A stretch of DNA of 64,000 bases from Iphione sp. A-MEVVRFRX5 (taxonomy: Eukaryota): positions 126,914,001 to 126,978,000 of the forward strand of contig OZ320314.1 of assembly GCA_976226885.1 (NCBI GenBank), in the 5' to 3' direction. Numbering within the stretch: position 1 is the first letter of the stretch; the number at the start of each line of letters is the position of its first letter. The position numbers and the translations under genes were made by a program. Below the pieces are notes generated by a model. That model saw only the letters and a list, made by a program, of their open reading frames with translations, searched no databases and was not told where the DNA came from. This document shows positions 12,801 to 25,214 of this stretch, one piece after another.

Positions 12801-14043
12801 TGATGATGACGAGAGCAGATGTTTGAGTGCCAGGTATTCTCAACTAACCCACTGCCAGTTTAATTGTATACTTGAGCTCTTGAGGGAGTGGAGTATGTGG
12901 GTGATGTTTCTGCTAAGGTCGGACACAATGTTTGGCCTTCTATTGTAACATTTCCATGTCGGGGACTGTTTGACAATGATAGGAGAAACTGTGGGTTTTA
13001 TCCACTTGGAGGAGAACAGAGAATGGGACAGGGATAGAAGAGTTTGAATCAGGGTATTATATCACACAGAGATTAGTAATTATCACTAGTTCACTGACAT
13101 CTGTAGTCTATGAGGAGGTGTAGGGTAGGAGGGGATTACTAAATCCCTAAAGCTAGATCCAAGGATTGGGGGTGTTCGGTATCTTATTACAGTTACATAA
13201 CTGCTGTTATAATTCTAGGAATTATGTGCACAGCCAGATTCTAGCATGGTTTCATGGCAATATAGCAAGGATAATACTCTAACAGGACTCTAACAGTTGC
13301 TGTCACACTTGCAATTGCTCAAACATATTGTATGCCCAAATCGAAGAGACATAACTAACTTGTGCGTTTTGATGAAGTTTATTCCTAAACATGCAGGAAG
13401 TTAATGACACTAAATACTCTGCCCGGCTCATATTTATACACAAAATGTAATTCCGGGTGGAGTCCAGCAAACTCTGGCCAGAGTCCAGCAAACTCTGGTG
13501 ACAATGATACTCCGCTGAGTGTGGAACCCAACTTTACACCAACATAACTCCAGGCGGAGCCCAACAATATCCAATGAGCTAGCTGTAACACTGTTTAAAA
13601 TAGAGATCCAGAGAGTACTTAATTCTTGGAGATGTTTGCTAGATGAGAAAGCATCATGACGTTTTGGCAGAGGTGTCACATTTGCAGAGATATGCCTGAT
13701 CTCATATAGTCTATTTCTAATCTGCCCTTTTTATCAATAATTAGTTACCATACAATGTTTTTAGATTAGTTGATTCAAGATGCAGTTAACTGTATGGCAC
13801 TTTTGTTTACCTGTCAGTGTATCTGCCATGAACTCCTTTGAAATTGCACATTGTTGCTTTATTAACCTACCTGTCTGTATTTTTTTTCAGCCACACTTTT
13901 TACCTAAACCATGAAAACCTCTGTAATTTTCTGTAGAGATAGCTGATAAAACACTTTGAACTTTGAACTTTAACTTCTTCTTTGACAAATAGTATGCTGT
14001 ATAAGGACAAGGTTAATCTTTGTAAGCAACAGAGTAGAGATAT

Positions 14044-15290
14044 GTGTACAAGTTATCTTTGGTAAATTTAAACAGTATCAGAACATCTTTGAGAGATCAT
14101 ATTTCTATTTATAATTTACATGGATTTATCCGGCTAATTAGGGATATAAAGTATTTTATTTTAAATGCTACGAAGCTTCATGACCAAGATGCACACAATA
14201 TATACAAATATCTGGATAGGAAAATCAAAGAAGAAATTAAAATTGTCTACCATAAACGCTACTACAGAAAATTGATGGAATACAAGAGTAAGCAAGGCAA
14301 GCTCTGGCATCTGGTACAGGGACAATGAAAATGACAATGAGAATCATAGATGATGGTGAAGACATTTTAGATTTTAAAATTCTTGAATTTATCAATAGCT
14401 ATTTTATAGACACTGCTGAACTGCTGGCCATCACAATACCTCCAGTGAAAGCAACCAGAGATAAGACAGGATGTGATGACATCTCGGTTTCTAAGAGCTT
14501 CAGAAAACAGTAAGTAATATAGAAATCAAAAAGTCACCAAACATTGCAAATATTAGTAGTGGCCTGCTAAAAGACGCTCTAACTATACTTGCTCATGAAT
14601 TTACCAACTTGCTGAATAAAATCACCATCAAAGGGAAATTCATTGAAAAATGGAAAGTAGCAAGGCTAGTACCAGTACATAAAAAAGGGGACAAAATACG
14701 TATAAAGAAGTACAGGCCTATTAGCACTCTCCCTCTTCGAGGAAAAATATTTGAAAGACGATTTTGTAAACAGTTTGTTAATGAACTATTTTGAATTAAA
14801 TTTTAGTCTGATCACACATATGGATTTCTTCCAGCTAGATCAACAAAAACAGCTATGAGTGAAACCTTACAAAATATTTGCGACTTCATCCAATGAAAAC
14901 CATTTTGTAGCAATAGAAGGTTTTGATCTACCCAAGGCATTTGATAACTTAAGCTTAGAAAGCATAATACAAATACTAATTAATAGGGAGCAAAACCAAA
15001 CATAATCTCACTTGTAAGAAAATATTTTGAAAATAGAATGCAGAGTGTACAGATTCATGGTTATCACTCACCCCCACTGCATCAGCACCATGGCATCCTC
15101 CAGGGAAGCACATTTGGCCCATTGGGAATTTCCATATACATTAACAGTATAGCCAAATACCTATACTGGGATAATACAATAATGCTGTATGCAGATGACA
15201 TTACCTTTGTAATTAGAGGAAAATACGAACAAGAACTAAAGCACAATATAGTTGTATTGTATCGTATTGTAATGTTTATTTCTGAAGGAT
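14044..15290 (+). mobile_element. Decayed CR1/L2-like LINE ORF2 (RT domain)
   Basis: KWKVARLVPVHKKGDK..YRPISTLP, DLPKAFD, GILQGSTFGP, LYADD across broken frames. Confidence 0.9.
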
Positions 15291-15499
15291 GAATCTATAC
15301 ATAAAATGTACATCGGTCTTCAGATCTTACTACTTATCAATGAAAGAATGAGATGAATGTTGTCATTTTGCAAATTTTTTTACCTATACCAGAATGCAAT
15401 TGGACACATCATACTACAACAAGGTAAGGATAGGTTATAAATTTCCATCATTAACTTGGTCTTATCCATGATGAACCCATCATGCAAATATTCTCTTCA

Positions 15500-16420
15500 T
15501 TTTACTAAGAAATTCTCCCTGGCTAACTTGCTGTAGTGATCTTCGACACTCTCCTTAAATTCCTTTAAACCAATGTCCTTTTTAAACAACTCAGCAGCAG
15601 TTTGTTCCACAGATTCATCCCAGCATACAGGGGGGGACAACTTGTATCTTTCTATATTTATCTTTGGGTACTTCAAGACATGTCTCTTACTTTCTCTGAC
15701 ATTTTTCTGCTTAAGTTCGTGACCATCTGTCCTTTCCTGATTTCTTATAATACCAAGTAACTGATATTAATTGGACATCTCTTCTTTGGTACACATCAGT
15801 AATACTCAGTTTGGAGCAGACCTCTCTCACATGAACATTTAGCAATACCCTAATCCTCCTATAGAACATCTTGACCAGTTTACCTGTAGTTTGTGCTTTA
15901 CTGGACAAGTACTCATGTCAAATTCAAGAATTGGTAGTATATAAGTTTTAATCATGACTATCAGTAGGCTTTGTACTACTTTTGTTTTCAATTTAGATAA
16001 ACACCAAAGCTTCCATGATATTGATTGCATCTTTCTTTTAACAAACAGTTCAAATGATAAGCTCTTGTCTAGCTCAATCCCAAGGTACTTATATTCCCTC
16101 TTAATGTTCAATTTACAGCCACCCAATAGCAGTCAGATAATGCAATGTCAACTGTCCGTGGGGTATACATAACTATTTCAGTCTTTTTGGCATTTATAAG
16201 TATTTGGTTTTTACAAAACCAGTCTTCCATCTTGTCAATGACATCCTGCATCTTACTTCTAGTCTCAGATATTGTCTTCCTGGTCACAAAGACAGCAGTA
16301 TCATCCCCATACAATATGGTAGTTGATTCACCTATTACTCTTGGGAGATCGTTAATAAAGAGACTCAACATAATCGGGCCTAGTGTAATACAGGCATTCA
16401 GATATGCACTATCCTGCTCT
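15500..16420 (-). mobile_element. 5'-truncated CR1/L2-like LINE
   Basis: LGPIMLSLFINDLP..LYGDD, INAKKTE, YKYLGIELD, ILPILEF, terminal GMNLWNKL. Confidence 0.88.
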
Positions 16421-16489
16421 AAAGCGAAAAGTCTTTTAATTAGCCATGAGAAAAGCACATTCTGTATCTTGAACTTTGTTTGGATCTGG

Positions 16490-17232
16490 TTGCTATGACC
16501 CAAGATTATAAAACACTTCACAGGAGTAAGGCAGTAACTATTCTAGGTTACATTATCAATGAGAATTTAAGATGGAATGACACAATCAATAATAGCATAA
16601 GCAAGATGTGGTTCTCAGCCTACAACATCAGTAAGGTAAAACGCTACCTACCACAAGATATCAGGATAATGCTCTTCAAGCTCTATATTTATCCAATAAT
16701 CGATTATATAGCCCCCTTTATTTGTAGTATCAACAAAACTGCATTCAAGAAGCTTGAGAGAGCATGCAATAAATCTGCAACAGCAGTAATCTGTAACAAG
16801 CCATATAGTAACAGGCAAGACCCAGTACTAATGAGCTATATTGATGATCTAGCAACAAGGATAAACTTAAACACTCTGCTGCTTGCTCATAAGTTAGTTA
16901 TAACATCAAGGGTGATTCTTTCTGATAAAACAAGAACAAGGGAACGAGCAGTGACATGTATACTTTTGTACAGGACTAAGAATAAACTTTTTGGTAAATC
17001 ATTCCATAAAAGAGGAGTGACATTGTGGAATACACTCCCTTTATCAATAAGGAAATTTACAAATATGAAAGAATTAATCTCAGCCATTGTAAAACAACTT
17101 TATTGAACTGAAAACATTGCCAAAGCAAACAACCCACACCTATGTACAATTCTCATGTCCACCTATCAAGAGCTCTGTAGTGAAGAAGAGCTGAGACAAT
17201 AAAATTGTTTGAATTGAATTGAATTGAATTGA
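16490..17232 (+). mobile_element. 5'-truncated CR1/L2-like LINE with intact 3' tail
   Basis: TILGYIINENLRW..YIYPIIDY..SFHKRGVTLWNTLP; AATAAA followed by (GAATT)4 at ~17200-17232. Confidence 0.9.
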
Positions 17233-20123
17233 AAGCATGGTGGAATAAACAAGGTCCAGACAAATATACCCCTCCACAGTACCGAAGAAACCAGAGGGCA
17301 CTGTACCCCCCCCCCCAAACACAACCACACAAATATTCTGGGGTGAAGTGCCCATTCAATACTAACACATATACAAATAACTTACTACCTTAGCACAGTA
17401 TTACAATACAAATATACATTGAGGTATACATTATAACTTCTTTAGTTAGCCAGCATTCTATTTAATTCAAAGGGATGCAATCATCGTATGACATGTGTGG
17501 AAAACCAATGTACTGTTAGTCCAGAGAAATCCTTTACACTAGTGGTTATAGGTTGAACTATCATTCATGAGACATGAGCTCTACCATATAATCCAGGAAT
17601 TAAAACAAAGGAATCAGAGGAAAAGAAAAGTCTCTAGCATGGGATTAGTTTTAATCTCAATTACCACTTATATACATAATACATAAATATACACTTACAA
17701 AGAACCAACTTGTACAGTTAATTCTACAGTTACATAACTTTGTCATAAGTTGTGGCTGTATTATACACTGACTATAAATATGGAGTATGTGTAGGTGTAT
17801 CTTAAATGATATGGTTCTGGTGAATGTTTGACCCAATTAGGTCTGTACAAGTAAAAGTCTTGAATAGTTGTGTATCACTGGTTATATAGGTCAGGATTTG
17901 ATATCCTGGTAATATGCCAAGTAACACAATTATATACACTGACCTAAAATCACAACCTGGCTCCAGGATACATGTATTCTTGAGCTCTGTGCACATTAAA
18001 TTTTCCAACTTATATGATACAAACTGAGTGTGATTCTGACTTCCTGAGTGCATGTGCTTAATTACCTGTTTATTCCTGACTGATAGTTTACACAACACTT
18101 AAGTACAAAACTATGCCAATATATTCATATGCTCACATTTTCATGTAGTCATATGATAGCATTCTGATGTATTCTAGTGGTAAAAATGACTAAGCTTGTA
18201 AGAATGTAAGCATGTACTGATTTTCTACCTCACGATATCAATAAATATATAACTTTATCTGTTGTCAATATCGATTCTTTTAGCAAATAATCATGGATGT
18301 GTCTGCAGGATTTACGTAATTCATCAAACCTTTAGCCTATTAATGCAGTCATGCAATTTGCTGTGTTGAAAATCTTTTCAAGTAGCTCTTTATTCATGTA
18401 ACACATATATGATGTGCCTGTATGCCATTATGCCCACTGATCACTTCTTGCTTGATGGACACAGGGAAGGTTTAAGCTTGACAAAATTACTGTGTACTAT
18501 ATGCATTATTGTTCACAGCATTATCTAACCAGATATCATGGCAGAATGTCTGTAAGGATTATTAGTAGAGAACAGTAGAAACTGACAGACTTAAATGAAA
18601 GAGCCTTAAGATAAAGCATGTATAATTACTTACATACATCAATACATATATATGGTGATAGCTGATTGGATCACTTCAAACTGGTAACAATATACTGTAC
18701 ACCATGGCAGTAGATTCCATTCTCAGCCCTTATTTCTGGAATAGTGATATAGCATTCAGTGATCAGTGGCAAAAAAGCCTAAGGAGGGTTACAAAGCGGC
18801 CTTTTTATGTATCCAAATATTTTGATAAACACTGCACACAAACATCATGCAGTATATTAAACAATTAATTCCAACTCAAATTAATTACACCTCAGCATTC
18901 TAATACACTCCCTATTCCAGGCATAATCTTTTTGTACCAAGCAGTTTTGCACTATTGAGGTTTCACTGTATATTCCTTTCATAACATAAATGATATCCTG
19001 GGATACTTTCTGGTTAAAGATGCTGCCACTCGACAAATCAAATTGAATAAAATTTTTTTCAAGGTAACATTATTGAATATTTCTTATTATATAAAAGTTG
19101 ACCCTTGGCACCTATTTCTGCAAAGTTGATAAAACATAAAAAGTATAAATTTTGCGTCTCCCCTTACACACACACCAAGACAAGACAAGAATGCAGTTAA
19201 TAAAGATTTAATAAACAAAAACAGTTAATTAAACTCAAATTTGAGACTTTATCTATAATTGGTACTTGATTACATTGTTCTTCAATAATCATTGTCTTTT
19301 AAAAATAACAATTCCTGCTGAATTAACATTGTGCCATTGTGTTACGAACACATCAACCTTATCCCTGAAGAAGTGGGGTAGTCCCGTCAAAAGCTTGGTT
19401 GTAACCTGGATGTTTCAGGACAGTTCTGCAAACAGTATGTTGGTTTTGATTTCATCAGCTGATTTTTGCATAGCATGAACTCATAGTCACAAGAGGAGGG
19501 GGAGGCTACTTGACCCCTATCTGTCTGGGCTGGAGGAATTATACATCACAATATTACAGGCAACCATTGCTATCTGATATTCACCAATGCAAACATTATA
19601 GTCTCATTTCTCATGAACAGATTGCAATATTGTTCTGTGATTGACAATAATTAAGCCACTAAAGCAATTAACTTTCTTGTACCCCAAGGATTGAATCTCT
19701 TGTTTTGTTATGGTACACAAAATGATATTGCAACAAATATAAATGATCATTGCAGCCCATTTACTGGGGACACAACTATAACTTATTGTGATACCAAGAC
19801 TAGACACAGCCAAGACTTATCCTCTATGTATCCAGCTTAACAAATAAGTGAAGCTCAATACCTTCTGTCTAGTGCATTCTTTATGAAAAAGCAAAAACAG
19901 TCTGGTTGTACCATATTCATTAAAGATAAACCTTTGGTGTTAAACTATGGGATGTTACCCCAGGATGATACACACTTCTTGTTGTCACTTACAGAATATG
20001 ATGGAGGCTGGTATGCCTCTTAGCTAACTAACAATAGTTCACTGCTCTTACTATTCAGAATAGCCCTAGGAAAATAACAAAGGCTTCTGCAAATATAAAT
20101 GTTGTAAAGTTCTCAACACCTTT

Positions 20124-20770
20124 TGACAGGCGTGAGTTGGATGTCATTTCCTATGGGATCGTAGGGGTGGGTAAGTAATAAAGCTCCTCTGAAACTTCTT
20201 TCAGGTCCTGTATTTCCTTCTTCTCTAATATCCAGGGTTATCCGGGGCTCCTGGATGTAATCCAATGACTCTTATTCCCATTAGAGCACAATAAAGTGTA
20301 TACTATGGCCCCTGTTGGTGTTGGTTATTTGAGGAAAAGGATCAAATAATCTACCTCCTTAAGATGGTGTTATGCTATCCTTTGAGTGTGATAGAAAGGA
20401 TAAGGAGTCCGGTGTGTAGTTTATAGATGGCTTTATTCAGAGCACATCCCTGAAGGGGAGGGGGACCCCTGTTCATCCTGGTAGGCTGGCTGGCTGGCTG
20501 GCTGGCTGGTGGGCAGAGGCTGAAGGCTTGGAGGCTTCTGGGTGCAGGAGAGCTTTGCTCTTGTCTCGGCCGATGTCTTCAGGTGGGGATCCCAGGAGAG
20601 AGAGATGCCCAGGGAGCCTGAGCACCCTCCTTATATCCTAGCTGGTCCCCTGATGCTCTCCTCTCATTGGCTGAGGGGAGGGCTGCTCTGATTGGCCAGC
20701 TGTGGGAAATCTCTGCTCTGATTGGCTCACATAAATAAGTACCCCATGCCAGGAGGCAAAAGATCAAAGA
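20124..20770 (-). mobile_element. LTR-like repeat in the 3' flank of gene A
   Basis: Minus-strand CCAAT x3 (20666, 20691, 20721), TATAA (~20631-20635), AATAAA (20432-20437), (GGCT)n; lacks ~140 bp present in the 54502-55300 copy. Confidence 0.65.
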
Positions 20771-20959
20771 GAATTTTAATTGAGATTGATGAGGGTAGTT
20801 AAATTCACATAAATCCCAAGGGTGATTAAGTTCTAATAAAATTTGGACTCAAGCTATAAAATTGTGGCACTGCCCAGAGAGGATGTCTAGATAGGCTTTG
20901 ACAGGTGGGTCTGGTTTAACTCAGACCCATGGCCATCTGGAATGGATCTCCCAGGGGCA

Positions 20960-21300
20960 GGGCTTCTTGTTTGGAAGTGGGGGGGGGGCAATATGGCTTC
21001 TGTCTTGTTAGAGCAGAGGAGTCCCCCTGGTGTTTATGCTGACCTCAGCTGCTTTAAGATAAGCCAGAGCTCAGGGGTGGTGGCCATCTGGCCCGTGAAA
21101 GCTTCAGGGGAGTGTGGTTACTTCTAGCCTATGTAGGAGCCTTGTCTATAGGCCAAACAGTCAGTTTGGGGGGAATTCCTATGCGAATCTAGTCGTTGGG
21201 AGGTCCCAGAGTGTAACATACCTGTGGGGGAGTAGACATTTGGCTGGGTTGATGATCTAACAATGTTGTTTATAAACTCTTTCATTTGGCAGGTTGGGCT
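20960..21300 (+). mobile_element. Possible second LTR-element relic starting at a polypurine tract
   Basis: GGAAGTGGGGGGGGCAA at ~20974-20990 resembles the PPT at 3370; boundaries not resolved; duplicated at ~55465-55800. Confidence 0.3.
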
Positions 21301-21914
21301 ATCGCTTTGTCCCACCAGCTATGCATGAAAGGAACAAGTCAGCCAGTGCAGCCACTTACATACCCTACAGCAAGGGTATCACCTGGTGGTTCCATAATAC
21401 ACCACTACATACACAGTAATTCAAATAGTTTACTGCAAGGTAATCTTTACATTAGTTTTCATGAAATTATTTACAATATGGTAAAACAGATATTTTTATA
21501 TGCAGAATGAAATTATTATTACAGTTGCAAAGTAAAAACTGTATTATATATAATCTTATCCAGGTTATTAAATCAAACTGCTGTAATCACACCCTGCATG
21601 AGCTGTTCAAATAGATTTAGCATCAATGTCATTCTGAGAAAGAAAATCTTATGAAAGTTTTGAAGGCAAACATACTTAATACATTATACATGATATTGTT
21701 GAAATATTGTACATTAAAACTGTGAAATGAAGTATCCATTGAGTCAGCATTTCACTCTATAAGCCATTTGTAATCGGTTACAGTAAATGAATGCATTAGA
21801 GAAATAACTCACCATCAGGTTGAAAATAATGCCTGATGGCAGGGTAGACCTAATTTTCAGTTGCCACTCTATGTTAATTCAATAACATTACTTCATTACT
21901 TATGCATTAACCAG

Positions 21915-22958
21915 TCAATTATCTACATTTTGCTGTTCAATATAAGACAGATAGGTACATGCTGCAGTACCTAAAAGTATCATAATAGCTCCAGTGACTT
22001 CAGTCATGTTACGATATCCTGTTATAAATATATTAGGCAAAAAGTACTGTAGACATAAATTATAGACAGAACTAATATTGGATAATAGGATAGAAGCAAC
22101 TGGATGAATCCTTTGCATTGCATAGATATTTATGATAGACCCAAACGAGGCTGATAAACTATATCCAAGCATGAGAAAAAGAACTCCAGCATTATGGACT
22201 ATGATGGGCTCATTGACATAAAACATGAGCAGCAACATTCCAACCGATCCAAAGACTGCATACCAAAAGTTGTAGGCATTTGTTGATACATTGTTTAGTA
22301 TGTTGTTCATCAGTACAGAGCGAGTTGCTGATGAGATACCTCCAATTAGGGCAAAAATGCTTCCTATAGTCATTTTGTTGATTATTGACATCGTCTTCAC
22401 AGCCTCTTGCATCATAATATGGTTTGTTGAACTGGTTAAGTTAAAACTGAGAGTAAGATTTGCACACCCTGAACTTTTGTCTAAATTGTGTTGAAATGGT
22501 GGTGAAGGTTGAAGAAGTAGAAATCCACCCATTAACACAACAGTAAAACAAATGTGTTGTTGACATGACAGCTTCCTCTGAAAAAACATATGCATTAGAA
22601 AAGAAATCCAGAAAATTTGTACCACAATTACAATCAAAGCAAAGGTGCCAATTGGCAAGTAAAAAACGGCAGCAACAACGAATATGTTGGTTATCAGGCC
22701 AAGTATAAATGTTAAAATCATCCATGGTATAAGCGGTTTGGTCATAAATGGTTTGAAGTTTCTTGTTGACATTAAGCATACTGTACATAATGCAATCTGG
22801 CAAATATAACGTACAAAACCAAGTTGAAAAACAGATAAAGCATCATCAAGAAGCTGATTCATAGCATTTGTAAAAGTGTCCAGTAGTCCTGCTGTAACAC
22901 CAGCAAAATATCCATATAGTCCATGTTGTTTAGCATTGTATATGTCTTGCTGAGGCAT
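21915..22958 (-). CDS. SLC35G-like EamA/DMT-family transporter, intact copy A (~347 aa, single coding exon)
   Basis: Uninterrupted hydrophobic ORF with ~10 TM segments in two EamA-like halves (FQLGFVRY, YLPIG, LLQP, YAMQRIHP, EVTGAIMIL); first ATG at 22958 (MPQQ), in-frame stop a few codons above the called TTG start; orthology not established. Confidence 0.88.
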   Translation of the reverse strand: MPQQDIYNAKQHGLYGYFAGVTAGLLDTFTNAMNQLLDDALSVFQLGFVRYICQIALCTVCLMSTRNFKPFMTKPLIPWMILTFILGLITNIFVVAAVFYLPIGTFALIVIVVQIFWISFLMHMFFQRKLSCQQHICFTVVLMGGFLLLQPSPPFQHNLDKSSGCANLTLSFNLTSSTNHIMMQEAVKTMSIINKMTIGSIFALIGGISSATRSVLMNNILNNVSTNAYNFWYAVFGSVGMLLLMFYVNEPIIVHNAGVLFLMLGYSLSASFGSIINIYAMQRIHPVASILLSNISSVYNLCLQYFLPNIFITGYRNMTEVTGAIMILLGTAACTYLSYIEQQNVDN

Positions 22959-23042
22959 TTTCCTCAAGTCTTGATGATGCAAAAACGATCAACTGATATG
23001 GACAGATCTGATACAACTATCAGTCCATCTGTGCTTTACCGA

Positions 23043-23062
23043 CTGAAAACTAGAAACTAGTG
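23043..23062 (-). promoter_or_regulatory. Conserved 3' splice acceptor upstream of the CDS (5'-UTR intron)
   Basis: CTAGTTTCTAGTTTTCAG|TCGGTAAAG; equivalents at 57570-57571 (B), 63241-63242 (C) and 38848-38849 (D, + strand). Confidence 0.55.
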
Positions 23063-23306
23063 TATCCTTATTATTAAGCTAACATATAACAAATATGTTA
23101 TATGCCGAACACAGTAACAGAACACAGTGAGGCTCAGTTTTGAACTTATGTGGCTTTTCTTTAGGGACAATTATATATGAAATATGCATGACCTACATGT
23201 TACTGGGGCATAAACTGATAATGCTTCTGATACTTGACTTCCTTGCCCTTTCCAATTATGTGAAGAAATAGAGCATAGGGTATAGTTATCCTTAACACCA
23301 AGGTTG

Positions 23307-23484
23307 AAGTGGAAAGTCTCTAATCAGGACAGCCTTCGTTCTGTCCCAAAGTGTCCCTATTTCAGACGTGTCCCTATTAGAGACTTCATTTAATATAGAA
23401 CAAATAGGTTTGGTTCTTCACAAAAGTGTCCCTATTAGAGACTTGTCCCTATTGGAGACGTGTCCCTAAGGTGGCTTTCCACTG
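23307..23484. mobile_element. Tc1/mariner-pogo type MITE
   Basis: AGTGGAAAG...CTTTCCACTG-TA termini; internal GTCCCTATT(A/G)GAGAC repeats. Confidence 0.7.
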
Positions 23485-24464
23485 TAATTGCAGGAACCTT
23501 TAAAGCTGCATAATGATAAAGGTAATAGATAAATTACGGATAGGATATAATCCAAATCTTTTGCTGACAATCATGAAAAATTACAGCTGGTCAAAAGGTA
23601 TTACCAGATTACAATGCCATTAGATGTAATAATGGAATGGATGTGACCCCAAATTGAATTGAATTGAAATTTCTGGTTGAATTGAAAGTTCTGGTTATGG
23701 TACACCAGTCAGCATGCCAAGCAGCAGTCTCATTACAAAAGCATAGTGATTTGCTTGGTAAACATAGTGTGACCATAAAGGGCCTGATCAACAGATGGCC
23801 TTGAAATGTGAAAAAAAACATGCAGTCACATCTGAAGATCAGAAATAGTACACGGTTTGGCTGCATCGAGAAACATGATCTGGTCAGTGTAAAGATGAAC
23901 ATTTTTAAGAATGTTGAAACAGATTTTAACCCCAAGTAATAACACACATTTTGATGTGTTAACCTGCCAGTTATGTAAATTAGGATAAATTATATGTGAA
24001 TTTTCTAAATCATGTTTCACTTTGAATCCTGGCATGTTGCTATGGTAACCAAATAAATGAAGTACAATTATTTTCAAAATAACATGTAATTCAAGGGCTT
24101 TCACTTGATGTATGACACTACAAAGTATCTCTTGTATTAAACCCTACAGGTAAACTTGACATATGAAACTACAGTTCCACATTCCAAAAACATCATTTTT
24201 CATGGACGGTATAGGGTTAAGGCTCAAGGTATTGAATGAAATTGGGATGGATTTAAACCCACAGTCTAGGACTGGTCAAACAACTAGAATGGCCTCCCTC
24301 CCTCTAGAAACATTGTTGTGGACAACACCCAGAAGTATAACTATGGTAAGAGATATTTACTTAATTGTCTTTACAGTGCAAAACTGTATTGATACATTTG
24401 CCTATGCTATATCTTGGTATTGTTCACTATCCTGTTACCCTCAAATCACTTTGTTGTCCGATTG

Positions 24465-24876
24465 TCCTGGGGTCATGTTGTCCCACATCCTAGTTGTCCC
24501 ATCCTGGTCCCAGTTGTCTCGTCATCTTAGTCCAGTTGTCCCATCATCTTAGTCCAGTTATCCTGCAAAAGTCCAGTTGTCCCACTTCTTTTTTCCATAG
24601 AGTCTCTGGCTTGTGCACTTGTCTTAGTCTGGTTGTCCCATCGTCTTAGTCCAATTGTGCCACCACCAGTTTTTCTCTTATTTTCCTAGTATTTGGGGGC
24701 ACAATTTGTCTTAGCCTCATGGTCCCAAGTTCTTAGTCCTATTGTCCTGAGTTCTTAGTCCAATTGTCTCGTGTTTGAGTTGTCTGGTACCACATTTGCA
24801 TAATATTTTTGGGTAGAAAGTGTCTTAGTCTAATTGTACCACACTCTTAGTCAAATTGTCCTGAGTTCTTAGTCTA
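24465..24876. repeat. Degenerate minisatellite (CTTAGTCC(A)GTTGTCCC-like units)
   Basis: More than 10 imperfect copies of cttagtc/ttgtcc motifs; ends ~70 bp before the large element. Confidence 0.7.
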
Positions 24877-25214
24877 GGGGACGGCTACTGTTAAGCATGC
24901 CTTAAACCACCTCCCTTAAACTGTATTAATGATGACCCATTTTTCTTATGATGGCTTAAGCGCTAAAGCTTTTGACTATAACCACTAATACCACTGCAGT
25001 TACATGTGAGTGTCCCCTGCCCACTGATTGGTGGAATGCATAATTTTCGTGTGTAATATGCCTTCCATTGTAAACAAACACATGTGTACGCACCATGTGT
25101 ACCTAGTAGTATATAAAGGGACAACTCTGAGCAGCTCATCATTGCCACAGAGGTATCCTTACCAGTGCACCTATTGCTCAATTTGTAATTTTTGTAAATG
25201 TCATCGTCATCACC

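Larger units (their letters stand above)
17232..23640. repeat. Segmental duplication copy 1 (partner ~50550-59090)
   Basis: Colinear hand alignment; near-identical core ~17683-21755 vs ~51039-56270, with lower identity on both sides including the gene. Confidence 0.95.

Noticed and set aside
15500-17232. Head-to-head LINE pieces as a twin-priming inversion of one element
   Set aside because: Both pieces contain their own thumb (LG.I.D/N) and WN.LP C-terminus, so they are two elements
17802-18098. 98-aa ORF retained in both duplicates (also 51157-51453), and the identical 74-aa ORFs 21286-21510 / 55789-56013
   Set aside because: Retention is explained by near-identity of the duplicated flank; no recognisable protein features
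21915-22982. Prokaryotic origin or horizontal transfer of the EamA genes because they lack introns
   Set aside because: Conserved upstream splice acceptors, a glycosylated-loop pattern, host-like composition and eukaryotic TE context; no operon or RBS features
24877-24900. GGGGACGGCTAC as a Harbinger-type left terminus
   Set aside because: No inverted partner and no Harbinger transposase found; 24949 has better support
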